A stretch of 64,000 bases of DNA from an uncultured Pseudobdellovibrionaceae bacterium (lineage in GTDB: Bacteria > Bdellovibrionota > Bdellovibrionia > Bdellovibrionales > JAGQZY01): the NCBI GenBank assembly GCA_964351315.1, contig CAYGNH010000002.1, forward strand, positions 216,269 through 280,268, given 5' to 3'. The position numbers were made by a program, and so were the translations under genes. The notes beneath the pieces were generated by a model. The model did not search any database and was not told the DNA's origin. It saw only the letters and a program-made list of their open reading frames with translations. Shown here piece after piece: positions 19,772 to 30,550 of the stretch (positions are counted from its first letter, which is position 1; every line of letters begins with the position of its first letter).

Positions 19772-20383
19772 TTAGGAGCTAGCCGCTTGTTTTTCGCTCG
19801 ATGCTGCTTTGGCTTTAGCCGCTTTGTATTCTTTCACCTTGGTGGCGTCAGGAGCCATCACCACAAATAGGTGCCGTCCCTCCATCTTAGGTTCTACCTC
19901 GGGAATTGCCAAGTCAGTCAACTGGGCCATCACTCGTTGCAGAACTTCTCGCCCCACTTCTTTGTGAGCCATCTCGCGACCTTGATAACGAAGGTTCACT
20001 TTTACCTTGTCACCTTCAAGTAAGAACTCGCGCGCCTTTTTCATTTTAGTCTCTAAATCATGATCGTCGGTGCGTGGTCGAATTTGAATTTCTTTAACTT
20101 GAATAACAGTCTGCTTTTTCTTGGCTTCCTGGGCTTGTTTCTTTTTTTCGTATTTCCACTTCCCATAATCCATCATTTTACAAGTGGGAGGATTGGCGTT
20201 GGGGGCAATCTCAATCAAGTCGAGGCCCTTTTCCTCTGCCACTTGCAAAGCTTGTGATGGCGTCATCACACCCAGCATCTGCCCTTCATCATCGATCACT
20301 CGCACCTCTCGGGCTGTGATCCGGTCATTCACTCTATACTTTTCTTTCGGTGGGGCTTGTCGCCCGCCACGGTGTTTTCTAAT
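19772..20383 (-). CDS. infC: Translation initiation factor IF-3
   Basis: ...NDRITAREVRVIDDEGQMLGV... The frame stays open upstream of the track's GTG start, back to an ATT codon at 20383 preceded by AAGGAGG. This gives the N-terminus (M)IRKHRGGRQAPPKEKYRVNDRI... Confidence 0.93.
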   Translation of the reverse strand: MRKHRGGRQAPPKEKYRVNDRITAREVRVIDDEGQMLGVMTPSQALQVAEEKGLDLIEIAPNANPPTCKMMDYGKWKYEKKKQAQEAKKKQTVIQVKEIQIRPRTDDHDLETKMKKAREFLLEGDKVKVNLRYQGREMAHKEVGREVLQRVMAQLTDLAIPEVEPKMEGRHLFVVMAPDATKVKEYKAAKAKAASSEKQAASS

Positions 20384-20395
20384 GAGGTCCTCCTT
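20381..20395 (-). promoter_or_regulatory. infC: infC translation initiation region: Shine-Dalgarno AAGGAGG plus a non-canonical ATT start codon
   Basis: The minus strand reads TAACCAAAGGAGGACCTCATTAGAAAACAC. The TAA is the thrS stop. ATT follows the SD by 5 nt and is in frame with IF-3. Confidence 0.8.
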
Positions 20396-20398
20396 TGG

Positions 20399-22339
20399 TT
20401 AAACCTTCACCAAACTCGTTAAACTTTTTGTTTCAATTTCTTTTTTCACAGTCTCAATAAAGGCTTCGATGGTCATGGGCTCCGTGGTTTCTCCGCTGCG
20501 GACTCGAACCGAAACTTTATTCTCTTCTAATTCCTTATCCCCAATGATCATCATATAGGGGACTTTCTGCAATTGGCTTTCGCGAATTTTATAACCCAGC
20601 TTTTCATTACGGTTGTCAAAGTGAACACGAATCCCCGCCTTTGCCATCTCGGCCTTCAGATTTTCGCAATATTCACTTTGTCGGTCAGTCACATTAAGAA
20701 TACTCACCTGAGTTGGGCATAGCCAAAGTGGAAATCGCCCATCAACATTTTCAATATAAATCCCAATAAAACGCTCTAAGGTGCCCAAAATCGCTCGATG
20801 CAGCATCACCGGTTGATGCTGGGAATTGTCTTCGCCCACGTAAGTCAGCTCAAAATTCTTTGGCATGTTGTAATCGGCCTGGATGGTTCCTAACTGCCAA
20901 GTTCGTTTCATCACATCGATAAAATGAATTTCCACTTTCGGACCATAAAAGGCTCCATCGCCAGGAGAAATCTCATACTCAATGCCAAGGTTTTTCAAGG
21001 CTTGCTCAAGAGCCTCTTCAGCCCGATCCCAATCCTCTTCACTACCAATGCGTTCAGCCGGACGTGTGGCTAAATAGACTTTAAAATCCTTCAGACCAAG
21101 AGTGTCGTAGGTTTCTTTCAGCATTCCCATAAAAGTGGCTATCTCTTGGGGAACCTGATCGTGAGTACAAAAAATGTGGGCGTCATCCTGACACATGGAT
21201 CGTACCCGAGTCAGCCCATGCAAAGCACCGCTAGCTTCGTAACGATGCAATCGTCCAAAGTCGGCGATTCTTAGAGGCAAATCACGATAAGAATGCTTGT
21301 CGGCTGCAAATAGTAAACAGTGAGAGGGACAATTCATAGGTTTAACACCTGTTACACCTTTTTCGCCCAAATCGCTAAAGTACATATTGTCTTGGTAGCA
21401 ATGATAATGTCCCGAGGTTTTATAAAGACTGACATCGAAAATCTGTGGAGTGATCACCTCTTGGTAACCATACTTGACGTAGAGTTCACGCATATAGTTT
21501 GTCAGTTCATTATAAATCGTGGTGCCCTTGCTGGTAAAAAAAGGCATCCCCGGCGCCACATCGTGGAACATAAAAAGACCCAAGTCTTTTCCCACTTTGC
21601 GATGGTCTCTTTTTTTCGCTTCCTCTAAGAAATGAAGATACTCACTCATCTCCTTTTTGTCATTGAAAGCAGTTCCGTAAACTCTTTGTAATTGCTTGTT
21701 ATTTTGATCGCCCCGCCAGTAAGCGCCAGCCAAGCTCATGACTTTGACGGCTTTCACTTGACCGGTGTGTTGCACATGAGGGCCTCGACAAAGATCAAAC
21801 CACTCACCCTGACGGTAAACTGAAATTTCTTTCTCTCCCAAGTCACGGATGATTTCTTCTTTGTAGTTTTCACCCATGTCTTTAAAAATTTGAATGGCTT
21901 TCTCCGAGGACCACACCTCTTTTTCAACAGGAAGGTTGCGTTTTACGATCTCTTTCATTTTCTTTTCGATTTTAGAAAGATCATCCTGGGTAAAAGGTGT
22001 CTCTGGATCGAAATCATAATAGAAACCCGATTCAACGACGGGACCAATGGTGACTTTTACATTTTTAAAAAGCTCTTGTACGGCTTGCGCCATAATGTGG
22101 GCCGCAGAATGTCGCAAAACCTCTTTACCCTCTTCGGACTGAGCGGTGACGATAGACAGTTGGTCGCCATCATGCAAAAGCGTGCGCAGATCTATGACTT
22201 CTTTACCACCATTGATCATTCCTCCCACCGTCGACTTTGCAAGTCCCTCACCAATAGATTGTGCCACTTCAAGAACTGTGGGTTCATGATCAAAAGTTTT
22301 TATTGAATTATCGGGCAAACGAATGTTGATTGAAGACAT
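20399..22339 (-). CDS. thrS: Threonine--tRNA ligase
   Basis: 646 aa from ATG at 22339. It has a TGS domain, an editing domain, class II core motifs (...FGRLHRYEASGALHGLTRVR...) and a C-terminal anticodon-binding domain. Confidence 0.97.
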   Translation of the reverse strand: MSSINIRLPDNSIKTFDHEPTVLEVAQSIGEGLAKSTVGGMINGGKEVIDLRTLLHDGDQLSIVTAQSEEGKEVLRHSAAHIMAQAVQELFKNVKVTIGPVVESGFYYDFDPETPFTQDDLSKIEKKMKEIVKRNLPVEKEVWSSEKAIQIFKDMGENYKEEIIRDLGEKEISVYRQGEWFDLCRGPHVQHTGQVKAVKVMSLAGAYWRGDQNNKQLQRVYGTAFNDKKEMSEYLHFLEEAKKRDHRKVGKDLGLFMFHDVAPGMPFFTSKGTTIYNELTNYMRELYVKYGYQEVITPQIFDVSLYKTSGHYHCYQDNMYFSDLGEKGVTGVKPMNCPSHCLLFAADKHSYRDLPLRIADFGRLHRYEASGALHGLTRVRSMCQDDAHIFCTHDQVPQEIATFMGMLKETYDTLGLKDFKVYLATRPAERIGSEEDWDRAEEALEQALKNLGIEYEISPGDGAFYGPKVEIHFIDVMKRTWQLGTIQADYNMPKNFELTYVGEDNSQHQPVMLHRAILGTLERFIGIYIENVDGRFPLWLCPTQVSILNVTDRQSEYCENLKAEMAKAGIRVHFDNRNEKLGYKIRESQLQKVPYMMIIGDKELEENKVSVRVRSGETTEPMTIEAFIETVKKEIETKSLTSLVKV

Positions 22340-22625
22340 CAAGGAATCAAAAGGTCATCGTATCTGTGTCGGTCGGATAAAGAATCATCTTTCTCTTTAT
22401 CTCTAAATTTGGCCTTGAAGGCAAGTCCAATTTCCCCCCAACTCAAAATTAGAGGCCTTTCAATGCTTAGATTAGCAAAATTCTCGTGCAAAACCCCCTT
22501 TACGCCCGATAGAACGGCTCTCAATGGGGGCACCGAAAAGACAACGGCCCCAGGTCAAGAGCTCCGATCTTTGGACTTCGCAGCTCTGAACGACTCACGC
22601 AATTCTACCCGGACGGATTTTGACC

Positions 22626-22655
22626 AAAAAAAAGGAGACCCAGGGTCTCCTTTTT
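22626..22655 (-). terminator. Rho-independent terminator downstream of actF
   Basis: Stem GGAGACC/GGTCTCC with a 3-nt loop. An A8 run precedes it and T5 follows on the plus strand. On the minus strand the stem is followed by T8. Confidence 0.7.
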
Positions 22656-22676
22656 GAATCAAAAAAGAACGTCTTA

Positions 22677-23879
22677 TTAATAGGTCACGTGATGATTGAG
22701 AGACTCATGGATACGCGGGTCTTTTATAGGAACCAAATTGTGTTTTTCCAACCAGCGACTCACCACAAACAAAAAAGCTCCAGCGAAGCCAAGGAAGACT
22801 AAAATTTCCATCCAAGAAAAAGCCACGAACTCGTTGGTATAGTTAGGATATACGATCCAAAAAATATCTACGTACTGCATAATCAAAACCAAAGAGCAAA
22901 CCATAACAAGATGCTTTGGAGTTCTCTTGGCCCAACGAGGAAGAAGCGCAATAAAAGGAACGATAAACTTAAAGATCAACAAAGCCACCGAAACTTCCAT
23001 CCACCCGCCATGGGTGCGGTGAAGATAGTACACCGTTTCTTCTGGAAGGTTGGCATACCAAATCAACATAAATTGGGAAAAAGCAATGTAAGCCCAAAAC
23101 ACAGTAAAGCCTTTAAGAAACTTGGCCAGATCATGCACATGCTCCATCGTCATCAATCCCGTCACCCAACCTTTTGACTGACAAAACAACGCCATCAAGA
23201 TCAAAAAGGCCAGCGTCGATTGAAAAAGGCCGGCAAAACAGTAGACCCCAAAAATCGTCGAGAACCAATGGGGTTCAAGGCTCATCAATAAATCCACACT
23301 AAACAAAGAGTAACTCAAAGCAAAAACCAAAAGAAAGGCCACTGACGCTGGAACCATCTTATGAGTCCAACTTTCATCACCATCGCTGTCTTGAGCCACG
23401 GAATAACCGACGATCTTCTTACCAAAGAAAAGCCAAAGACCAACAATAACCACCATACGCACAGCCCAAAAGCCCATGTTGAGGTAGGCGCTTTTGCCTT
23501 GAAGAATGGCATCTCCGGCTACGACATCGGCATCCAACCAGAGATAAAGGTTGGGGCCGGCTGCTAGCAGCACAAGTCCGCCTACAAAAACCACCGGCAT
23601 AAAGGCGGTCATGGCCTCGGCCAAACGGCGAATGTTCACGCTCCAACCAGCTCGCACCGCATGCTGAATGGCGGTAAAAAACAAACCGCCCAATGCTAAA
23701 GAGGCAAAATAAAAATAACTGGTTAAATAAGCATGCCAAACACGCTCTTTATCAACCGCAAAACCGGCCGCTAACCCGGCAAGCCCTAGCCCCATCAGAG
23801 CCATCAAAAAGATTTTTCCGTTCCCAGGAATTTCAAATTTTTTAGGCTCAACTTTTTCAACGTTAACTGAATGACCCAT
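22677..23879 (-). CDS. actF: Alternative complex III subunit ActF (polytopic membrane protein)
   Basis: About 10 predicted TM helices. It is the last gene of the act operon. ATG at 23879 forms a TAATG overlap with actE. Confidence 0.75.
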   Translation of the reverse strand: MGHSVNVEKVEPKKFEIPGNGKIFLMALMGLGLAGLAAGFAVDKERVWHAYLTSYFYFASLALGGLFFTAIQHAVRAGWSVNIRRLAEAMTAFMPVVFVGGLVLLAAGPNLYLWLDADVVAGDAILQGKSAYLNMGFWAVRMVVIVGLWLFFGKKIVGYSVAQDSDGDESWTHKMVPASVAFLLVFALSYSLFSVDLLMSLEPHWFSTIFGVYCFAGLFQSTLAFLILMALFCQSKGWVTGLMTMEHVHDLAKFLKGFTVFWAYIAFSQFMLIWYANLPEETVYYLHRTHGGWMEVSVALLIFKFIVPFIALLPRWAKRTPKHLVMVCSLVLIMQYVDIFWIVYPNYTNEFVAFSWMEILVFLGFAGAFLFVVSRWLEKHNLVPIKDPRIHESLNHHVTY

Positions 23880-24499
23880 TATTGTCCTCGTGGCGTTTGT
23901 TTTTGAAGTTGACGAACGTAATTGACGATGGCCCAACGATCGATCTCTTTGGGAGCTTGATGGATGTAACTTCCCATCAAACCTTGTCCAGCCGTGATAA
24001 TATGAAAAATACGGCCATCAGGAAAATCTCGAATTTTGTCCGATACTAAGGATGGCACCACAACAGGTTGCCATTTTTCAGCCACCGGTCCATCGCCTTT
24101 TCCGCCTTCACCATGGCAAACCATACAAAAGTTATTGAAGTGGGTTTTCCCACGTTGAGTGATCTCAGCATCACCGGCCACGGGGTTCTGCATCTTTTGC
24201 CCAGCCAACTCGGGCTGGGTCCAATACAAATAAGGCGTGCGGTTTTTTGGCCAACTGCCTACTGGCGGCGTCAACATCGAGCTCTTCTCTCTATCCTGTG
24301 GGTGAAAGTCCTGCGCCTTAAGGGCTGGCTGCTCCATCATATCTTGGATCACTTCAATGTTAGGCTCGTTTCCCTTAGGACCACAGCCGGTGATCAAAAG
24401 CCCTGCAACGGTCAGCGCCGTCAACAACGTCACACTACCGACCAAGGCCATCAGAAGAGTTTTCATAAATTTACATAGTTCAGAAAATACACTCATCAT
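23879..24499 (-). CDS. actE: Alternative complex III subunit ActE (monoheme cytochrome c lipoprotein)
   Basis: Signal peptide with lipobox LITG|C. It has a single CMVCH heme motif. Confidence 0.8.
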   Translation of the reverse strand: MMSVFSELCKFMKTLLMALVGSVTLLTALTVAGLLITGCGPKGNEPNIEVIQDMMEQPALKAQDFHPQDREKSSMLTPPVGSWPKNRTPYLYWTQPELAGQKMQNPVAGDAEITQRGKTHFNNFCMVCHGEGGKGDGPVAEKWQPVVVPSLVSDKIRDFPDGRIFHIITAGQGLMGSYIHQAPKEIDRWAIVNYVRQLQKQTPRGQ

Positions 24500-25023
24500 T
24501 AATACTCCGCCACTCGCTTCACTTCTTCAGCTCCAAGTTCTTTCAAAAAGGCTTCTACTTTCTCGACGCTGTACCCCTCTTCATCATCAGGAACCCACAA
24601 CGCAAACTTATGGGAAGTTAAGTCCGGATCAATGATTGGAGGGTTCACTTTTGGCAAACCATTCAGAAAAAACATGGTTCCCACCGAGAATAGGGCTGCG
24701 AATAAAATTGTTAACTCAAAAGTTACAGGGATGAAGGCCGGCAAAGAAAACAAAGGTTTCCCGCCCACGTTAATCGGCCAACTGACAGCACTGGTCCAAT
24801 ACTGCAGCAGCAGACCACAACCACAGCCAGTCAAGCCAGCAACAAATGTGACGTAGGGAATGCCCGACCTTTTTATGCCGACCGCCTCTTCCATGCCATG
24901 GACAGGAAAAGGAGTGATGGCATCAAACTTTTTATAACCGGCATCTCGCATTTTTGCAGCGGCCTCTAAAATTTTATCGTCGTCACTCCAAATTCCGGCG
25001 ACACCACTTTGACGTTTCGCCAT
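24499..25023 (-). CDS. actD: Alternative complex III subunit ActD (DUF3341-type)
   Basis: 174 aa with a soluble N-terminal part and two TM helices. It sits between the NrfD-like and cytochrome c subunits. Confidence 0.75.
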   Translation of the reverse strand: MAKRQSGVAGIWSDDDKILEAAAKMRDAGYKKFDAITPFPVHGMEEAVGIKRSGIPYVTFVAGLTGCGCGLLLQYWTSAVSWPINVGGKPLFSLPAFIPVTFELTILFAALFSVGTMFFLNGLPKVNPPIIDPDLTSHKFALWVPDDEEGYSVEKVEAFLKELGAEEVKRVAEY

Positions 25024-26378
25024 TAGTGACCTCCCTTTTTCTTACCGACATACAATACAGGCTTTACTTCGGCGATCGAAATCGCAGGGAAAGCACGCAG
25101 GTACAGCAAAAACAATGTTAAAAACATTCCAAAACTTCCGAACAGAATAGCCGCATCGTAAATACTCCAATCATACATCCCCCAGTTGGAAGGAAGGAAA
25201 TCACGATGGAGTGAAGTCACGGTGATCACAAAGCGTTCAAACCACATGCCGATATTCACGAAAATTGAAACGACGAACATAATCGGAATGCTCCGACGAG
25301 CGGCTCGGAACCAAAAAATTTGCGGAATAAATACGTTACAAGAAAACATGATCCAATAGGACCACCAGTAAGGACCTAGGGCTCTATTGATAAAAGCATA
25401 CTGTTCATACTTAACGCCAGAGTACCAAGCGATAAATAGCTCTGAGCAATACGCGTATCCCACCAACATTCCCGTGCACATGATAATTTTGTTCATGGCC
25501 TCCATATGATCAATGGTTATGTAATCTTTAAATTTTGGAAAGCCTATGCGGACCAAGGTTAAAAGAGTCACAACCATTCCGAAGCCAGAGAAAATGGCCC
25601 CAGCCACAAAGTAAGGCGGGAAAATGGTGGTGTGCCAACCGGGTAGAGAGGCCACCGCAAAGTCAAAAGATACGATGGTGTGAACCGAAAGGACCAGGGG
25701 TGTGGCTAATCCCGCCAACAACATATAGACCATTTCGTAATGGCTCCAGTTTCGGGTCGACCCACGCCACCCCAAAGAGAGAGCCCCATAAACAGTTTTT
25801 CTAATTTTGCTTTTAGCTCGATCTCGAACCGTCGCAAAATCTGGAACCAGCCCAACATACCAAAAAACAATAGAGACGGTCGCGTAAGTGGAGACCGCAA
25901 AAACGTCCCACAACAAAGGCGAGCGAAAATTCACCCACAAAGGTCCTCGCTGGTTAGGATAAGGTAAGAGCCAAAAATCCAACCAGGGACGCCCAGTGTG
26001 AATCAAAGGAAAAATCCCAGCAGTCATCACCGCGAAAACCGTCATCGCTTCCGCCGAACGGGCGACTGAGGTGCGCCACTTTTGTCGGAATAAAAAGAGA
26101 ATCGCAGAAATCAAAGTTCCGGCATGGCCGATACCAATCCAGAACACGAAGGTCACGATGTCAGTTCCCCAACCCACAGGATGGTTGGTTCCCATCAGTC
26201 CCATCCCTGTAAAAAGAATAGTGGCTACGCTGGCTAGATAAAACAATAAAAGTGACTTGGCTGAAAAGAACATCAGCATCCACTGTTTACCAGGAACCGT
26301 TTCTACCGGCTCACAAATATCGTCGGTAATATCTTTGTAAGTCTTATCACCAAGAATTAATGGGTTACGATCCATCAT
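25023..26378 (-). CDS. actC: Alternative complex III subunit ActC (NrfD/PsrC-like quinol-interacting membrane subunit)
   Basis: 451-aa polytopic protein of NrfD-like architecture. TAATG overlap with actB. Confidence 0.85.
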   Translation of the reverse strand: MMDRNPLILGDKTYKDITDDICEPVETVPGKQWMLMFFSAKSLLLFYLASVATILFTGMGLMGTNHPVGWGTDIVTFVFWIGIGHAGTLISAILFLFRQKWRTSVARSAEAMTVFAVMTAGIFPLIHTGRPWLDFWLLPYPNQRGPLWVNFRSPLLWDVFAVSTYATVSIVFWYVGLVPDFATVRDRAKSKIRKTVYGALSLGWRGSTRNWSHYEMVYMLLAGLATPLVLSVHTIVSFDFAVASLPGWHTTIFPPYFVAGAIFSGFGMVVTLLTLVRIGFPKFKDYITIDHMEAMNKIIMCTGMLVGYAYCSELFIAWYSGVKYEQYAFINRALGPYWWSYWIMFSCNVFIPQIFWFRAARRSIPIMFVVSIFVNIGMWFERFVITVTSLHRDFLPSNWGMYDWSIYDAAILFGSFGMFLTLFLLYLRAFPAISIAEVKPVLYVGKKKGGH

Positions 26379-29300
26379 TAGTGACCTTCCTTGTGCTCTG
26401 TCTCGCCGTGCTTAGGAGCGTCGTGCCCACCACCATTGTGATGACCTCCGCCCAGTTCACGTTGGGTGTTTCTAATTTTAGCAAGGTATCTCACTCGAGG
26501 AGCCGCATTGAACTCTTCCAGCAAGGTGTAGTGTCTTTGGCTTTGGAACCATTTGTTGACTTCACTGTCCTTGTCGTTGAGATCGCCAAAAACAATGGCA
26601 TTCGTTGGACAAACAGACTGGCAAGCGGTTTGGATGTCGCCATCCTTCAGCTCACGATTCTCGTCTTTGGCAATATTTTTACCTTCTTTAATTCTTTGTA
26701 CACAGAAAGTGCACTTCTCCATAACCCCACGAGTTCGAACCGTAACATCTGGGTTCAAGGCCATGTGCATGGGTTCTTTGCGATGATGACCATCATAATA
26801 GAACCAATTGAATCGACGAACTTTGTAAGGACAGTTGTTTGAGCAATAACGGGTGCCCACACAGCGGTTATAAACCATGTCGTTGAGGCCCTCATCGCTA
26901 TGGACAGTGGCCAGTACCGGACAAACGGTTTCGCAGGGAGCATTTTCACAATGTTGACACATAACGGGCTGAAAAATGGCATCCACGGATTTTTTCTCGT
27001 CACCACTATAGTAACGATCGATCCGAATCCAGTGCATTTCTCGGCCACCGAGAACATATTTTTTTCCAACAACAGGAATATTATTTTCTGACTGACAAGC
27101 CACCATACAGGCAGAACATCCGGTACAGGAATTAAGGTCCACACCCAACCCCCATTTGTGACCCTTGTATTCATGTTGGCCCCAAATGCTGAAGATCTTG
27201 TGCTTGTGTAACCCTATGTCTCCCGACTGCTTATACAACTTCTCAGAAGTTTCAACCGCCAACTGTCGACCATGCATAGTGTGATGGCCTTGGGTCTGAG
27301 CTAAATCGTACAGCTTATCAAGCTTGGTAAGTTTCACAGAAAGGCCGGCATACTGCAACGTCCCCTCTTGGGCCACTGCAAAGTCTTGCACGTTAAAACC
27401 GACATCTTTTTGAATATCTCCGCCCTGGCGCCGACCATAGCCAATGGCCACAGCCACTGAGCCTGGGTTTTGCCCTGGTGAAACATAAACCGGTAAGTCG
27501 ACCGAGTTATTCTCGGTTTGAACTCGAACCATCGAACCATCGCGAAGTTTCATTTCATCGGCAAGGATTGGAGAAATAACTAAATAGTTATCCCAAACAA
27601 TTTTACTGACCGGATCTGGGAGCTCTTGCAGCCAAGAAACATTGGCTAGACTACCATCATGAATTCCCACCTTGGTATACAAAGAAAGTTCCAGATCAGA
27701 CTCTTCAGTCGCAATCGAGATTTTACTTAGTGCGGCTGGGTTAAATCCGTTGCCTCTTTCCATGCCATCAAAGGTGGTGCCACTAAAGCCTTTTTGTAAA
27801 AAGTCGAACCAAGCTTGCTCACTCCCCAGCTGGCTCATCCAGCGGGTTTTCAAATAATCGAAATAAGTCTCTTCATTGGTCACGGGTTTATTCATCGATT
27901 TCGACCAGGCCATTAGACTGTCGCCAAAAGATCGCGTGTTATGAAGAGGTTGAATCGTGGGCTGTTGAATGTTGACCAAACCGGGTTCAAACTCGTAGTC
28001 CCCCCAGTTTTCCATTTGATGACCGGCAGGAGCGACATAGTCAGCCATACCCGTGGTTTCATCCATCCAATTGTTGGTAGAGACCACCACTTCGACCTTA
28101 GCCATAGCTTCTGAGAAGCCAAACGAGGCCGGTAAACTGTAGGCCGGATTCACGTCATTGATAATCAATGTTTTCACTTGGCCGTCATTCATGGCCTTCA
28201 AAAGTTCCTGCAGGGAACGGTCGGAGGACTCAGTCGCCATCAAACCGTGATTCCAATGAATCGTGGCACCATTGTTACCAAGAAGATCGTTTAAAAAGTT
28301 AACCGCAATTTGCAAAGAAACGGCGTCTTTGGTTTTCGCTTGCAAACCACCAGCGACAACCATCCCTTGCCCCATATTATCAGCTAGGTCTTTAACAATC
28401 GCCGCGAAGTCCTCGTGGCTCATATCTAACTTTTCATAAATATTTTTATAGGGCTCTGTGAATTTCAAAGCAGCCGGACCGGCATTGGCCTTGTTTTGGA
28501 CAAAGGCCAACTCGTGAATCAAACCCAACACCAATGGCAGTTGCAGAGAGGGCTTGATACCGTAGTTATCGTCTGCATTGAAGGATGTTAAGCTGGGCAC
28601 CGACTGAAACGAAACCAACCTTGACATCTGTTGATCTGGGTTACGCCCTTCTACAAAGAGTTTACTGGACTCGGTTGGATTTAAGTAGGTCCCTAAAAAG
28701 TCAGCATCGATCGAAACAATCATCTTAGCTTTGTCGTAGCGGTATTTAGGGACGGCGGCTTTTCCAAAGCTGATCTCTGCCGCTTCACGAACTTCCGACT
28801 GATTCACCGGTGTCCAAGTGTGAACTTGGGCTCCTGTGTTTTGTGAAAATTTATTAAGGAGATTTTTCAAACTAGGAGAAGGCACTTCATTGGTCAGGAT
28901 GCGCACACTGCCTTTTTCCAGCTGCTCGGCAATTTTGGAATCCAAAGTGGCCCAGTCGCGAGGCACCGAGATCTTTTTACCCCGACGAACATCGTCGCCC
29001 TTTTTATATTGAGAGTTTATAATTGGAGTTCGAACCCGGTCTGGATCATAGAGGCTCAACAACTGCGAGCTGCCGCGCACACTAAGGCCTTTTCCGTTTC
29101 CTGGGTAGTCCTTGTTGCCTTGCAGATGCAAAGGTCGACCTTCGCGGGTTTTTACAGTCACCGCAAAGCCTTCGCGACCATCAAACACACTGGAAGCGTA
29201 GTAATTGGGAAGTCCAATCACCACTTCAGAGGGGCGCTTGTTATAGGGTATAATTTTTTGCACCGGTCGACGAACACAGGCCGCCGAAGAAAGCGCAATA

Positions 29301-29476
29301 CTGGCCCCCATCAGTTTCATAAACTGGCGACGAGCCAATCCGCTTTTATCGTCCTCATCTTTCAAAGGTGAGGTTTGAAATTCTTTTTCCGCTTGCTCGA
29401 TAAACTCGGGTGTCTGGTATTTTTCGTCCAAGCTTTTCCAGTAAGAGTTTTGCTTTGTTTCTTGATGATTTTCCAT
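26378..29476 (-). CDS. actB: Alternative complex III subunit ActB (molybdopterin-oxidoreductase-like domain fused to a 4Fe-4S ferredoxin domain)
   Basis: Tat motif ...[18 protein letters not shown]. The C-terminal third holds several Cys clusters ([39 protein letters not shown]). The tail is His-rich. Confidence 0.9.
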   Translation of the reverse strand: MENHQETKQNSYWKSLDEKYQTPEFIEQAEKEFQTSPLKDEDDKSGLARRQFMKLMGASIALSSAACVRRPVQKIIPYNKRPSEVVIGLPNYYASSVFDGREGFAVTVKTREGRPLHLQGNKDYPGNGKGLSVRGSSQLLSLYDPDRVRTPIINSQYKKGDDVRRGKKISVPRDWATLDSKIAEQLEKGSVRILTNEVPSPSLKNLLNKFSQNTGAQVHTWTPVNQSEVREAAEISFGKAAVPKYRYDKAKMIVSIDADFLGTYLNPTESSKLFVEGRNPDQQMSRLVSFQSVPSLTSFNADDNYGIKPSLQLPLVLGLIHELAFVQNKANAGPAALKFTEPYKNIYEKLDMSHEDFAAIVKDLADNMGQGMVVAGGLQAKTKDAVSLQIAVNFLNDLLGNNGATIHWNHGLMATESSDRSLQELLKAMNDGQVKTLIINDVNPAYSLPASFGFSEAMAKVEVVVSTNNWMDETTGMADYVAPAGHQMENWGDYEFEPGLVNIQQPTIQPLHNTRSFGDSLMAWSKSMNKPVTNEETYFDYLKTRWMSQLGSEQAWFDFLQKGFSGTTFDGMERGNGFNPAALSKISIATEESDLELSLYTKVGIHDGSLANVSWLQELPDPVSKIVWDNYLVISPILADEMKLRDGSMVRVQTENNSVDLPVYVSPGQNPGSVAVAIGYGRRQGGDIQKDVGFNVQDFAVAQEGTLQYAGLSVKLTKLDKLYDLAQTQGHHTMHGRQLAVETSEKLYKQSGDIGLHKHKIFSIWGQHEYKGHKWGLGVDLNSCTGCSACMVACQSENNIPVVGKKYVLGGREMHWIRIDRYYSGDEKKSVDAIFQPVMCQHCENAPCETVCPVLATVHSDEGLNDMVYNRCVGTRYCSNNCPYKVRRFNWFYYDGHHRKEPMHMALNPDVTVRTRGVMEKCTFCVQRIKEGKNIAKDENRELKDGDIQTACQSVCPTNAIVFGDLNDKDSEVNKWFQSQRHYTLLEEFNAAPRVRYLAKIRNTQRELGGGHHNGGGHDAPKHGETEHKEGH

Positions 29477-29494
29477 ATCTAACTTTTGCTCCTC

Positions 29495-30055
29495 TTATTG
29501 GTGACAGGTTGAGCAGTTCAACGGGCCTTTGGCATCATAAGTATTGTCGGGATGATTGTCGCGGTGACAATTCACACACCAGCCCATGCTCAAGCTACTG
29601 TGCTGACTGACGACATCCATTTGCTTGATGTCACCATGACAAGTTTTACAGGCCGGGTAACGGTCTTCGGCCGAACTAAACTTTTGCACATGGCGCTTGT
29701 GATTGAATTTCACATGATCGGGAAGCATATGAACTTTGACCCAGTTCACCGTTTCTCCAGCAAAATATTTTTCTTGCAACGTTTTAATGTAAGGACTGTC
29801 GGCTTTCACCACTTGGTGACAGTTCATACAAATATTGAGACTGGGAACCGCCGAGTGATTGGCTTGCTCCACTTGGGTGTGACAGTAAACACAAGCCATT
29901 TTGTATTGCCCGGCATGCAACTTGTGAGAAAAGGGAATGGGCTGCTCAGGTGCGTAACCCTGATTATAGCCTATAGACCCCCACTTACAATTGGCGAGCA
30001 TCAATGGGATCATGAGTAGTGGGATGAATTTATATGTTCGCTGAATCAAGAACAT
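29495..30055 (-). CDS. actA: Alternative complex III subunit ActA (pentaheme cytochrome c)
   Basis: Five CxxCH motifs: CVYCH, CMNCH, CKTCH, CVNCH, CSTCH. The ATG at 30055 is preceded by AAGGAG-N5. Confidence 0.88.
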   Translation of the reverse strand: MFLIQRTYKFIPLLMIPLMLANCKWGSIGYNQGYAPEQPIPFSHKLHAGQYKMACVYCHTQVEQANHSAVPSLNICMNCHQVVKADSPYIKTLQEKYFAGETVNWVKVHMLPDHVKFNHKRHVQKFSSAEDRYPACKTCHGDIKQMDVVSQHSSLSMGWCVNCHRDNHPDNTYDAKGPLNCSTCHQ

Positions 30056-30271
30056 CGACACTCCTTCAAATGTGACAACAGCGGTCACTAACGACCTTAA
30101 CCGTCCACCGGAACAAAAATTCCGATGGGAGCGGATTTAATTTTCAAAAGCCTTTCACTTTTAAAGTATTCCCGCACAGTTGTTAAGGAATTTAAGGAAC
30201 TGCTTTTGATTTAAGCAGTGATTGCTGCGCCCTAGCATCAAACAGGAATTGTGACTTTTTGGAGACGGTCT

Positions 30272-30310
30272 TTGAAAAAAATGAAGGGCGGTGTGGGAGC
30301 ACCGCCCTTA
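30272..30310 (-). terminator. Rho-independent terminator (minus strand)
   Basis: Stem AAGGGCGGTG/CACCGCCCTT (10 bp), 6-nt loop. On the minus strand it is followed by CATTTTTTTC. Confidence 0.72.
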
Positions 30311-30550
30311 AGGGGTAAATTGGGGTTGGGAGTTATAGGGTCAGGTTGTTGATTGGGTCGCTAACCTGTTGCCTTACTCTTATTTCACGAATGATGCCAT
30401 CTTCATGGGTCTTTGACCTTATATATAGACTTTGAAATCAAAGAAAAGGAGTGGGCCATGTCCGAGACATTTTTTGCGCCCACTTGTCAGCAAACAAACA
30501 GGCCTGCCTCATTTTGTAACGCACCAAAATGAGACAGTGATTTTAGATGT

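Noticed and set aside
22343-22625. The thrS leader contains small ORFs (22339..22533 minus, 22409..22657 plus) and several hairpins, which could indicate a T-box or operator mimic.
   Set aside because: I saw no specifier loop or T-box consensus and no anticodon-arm mimic. The small ORFs lack an SD and any similarity. They are treated as noncoding leader.
26755-27174. Many 60-190-aa ORFs lie antisense to or out of frame within long genes. Examples are 6674..7258, 16764..17219, 26755..27174, 29552..30019, 31189..31470 and 60845..61153.
   Set aside because: These are shadow ORFs inside confidently identified genes. They have no SD, no recognisable motifs and low-complexity or odd composition.
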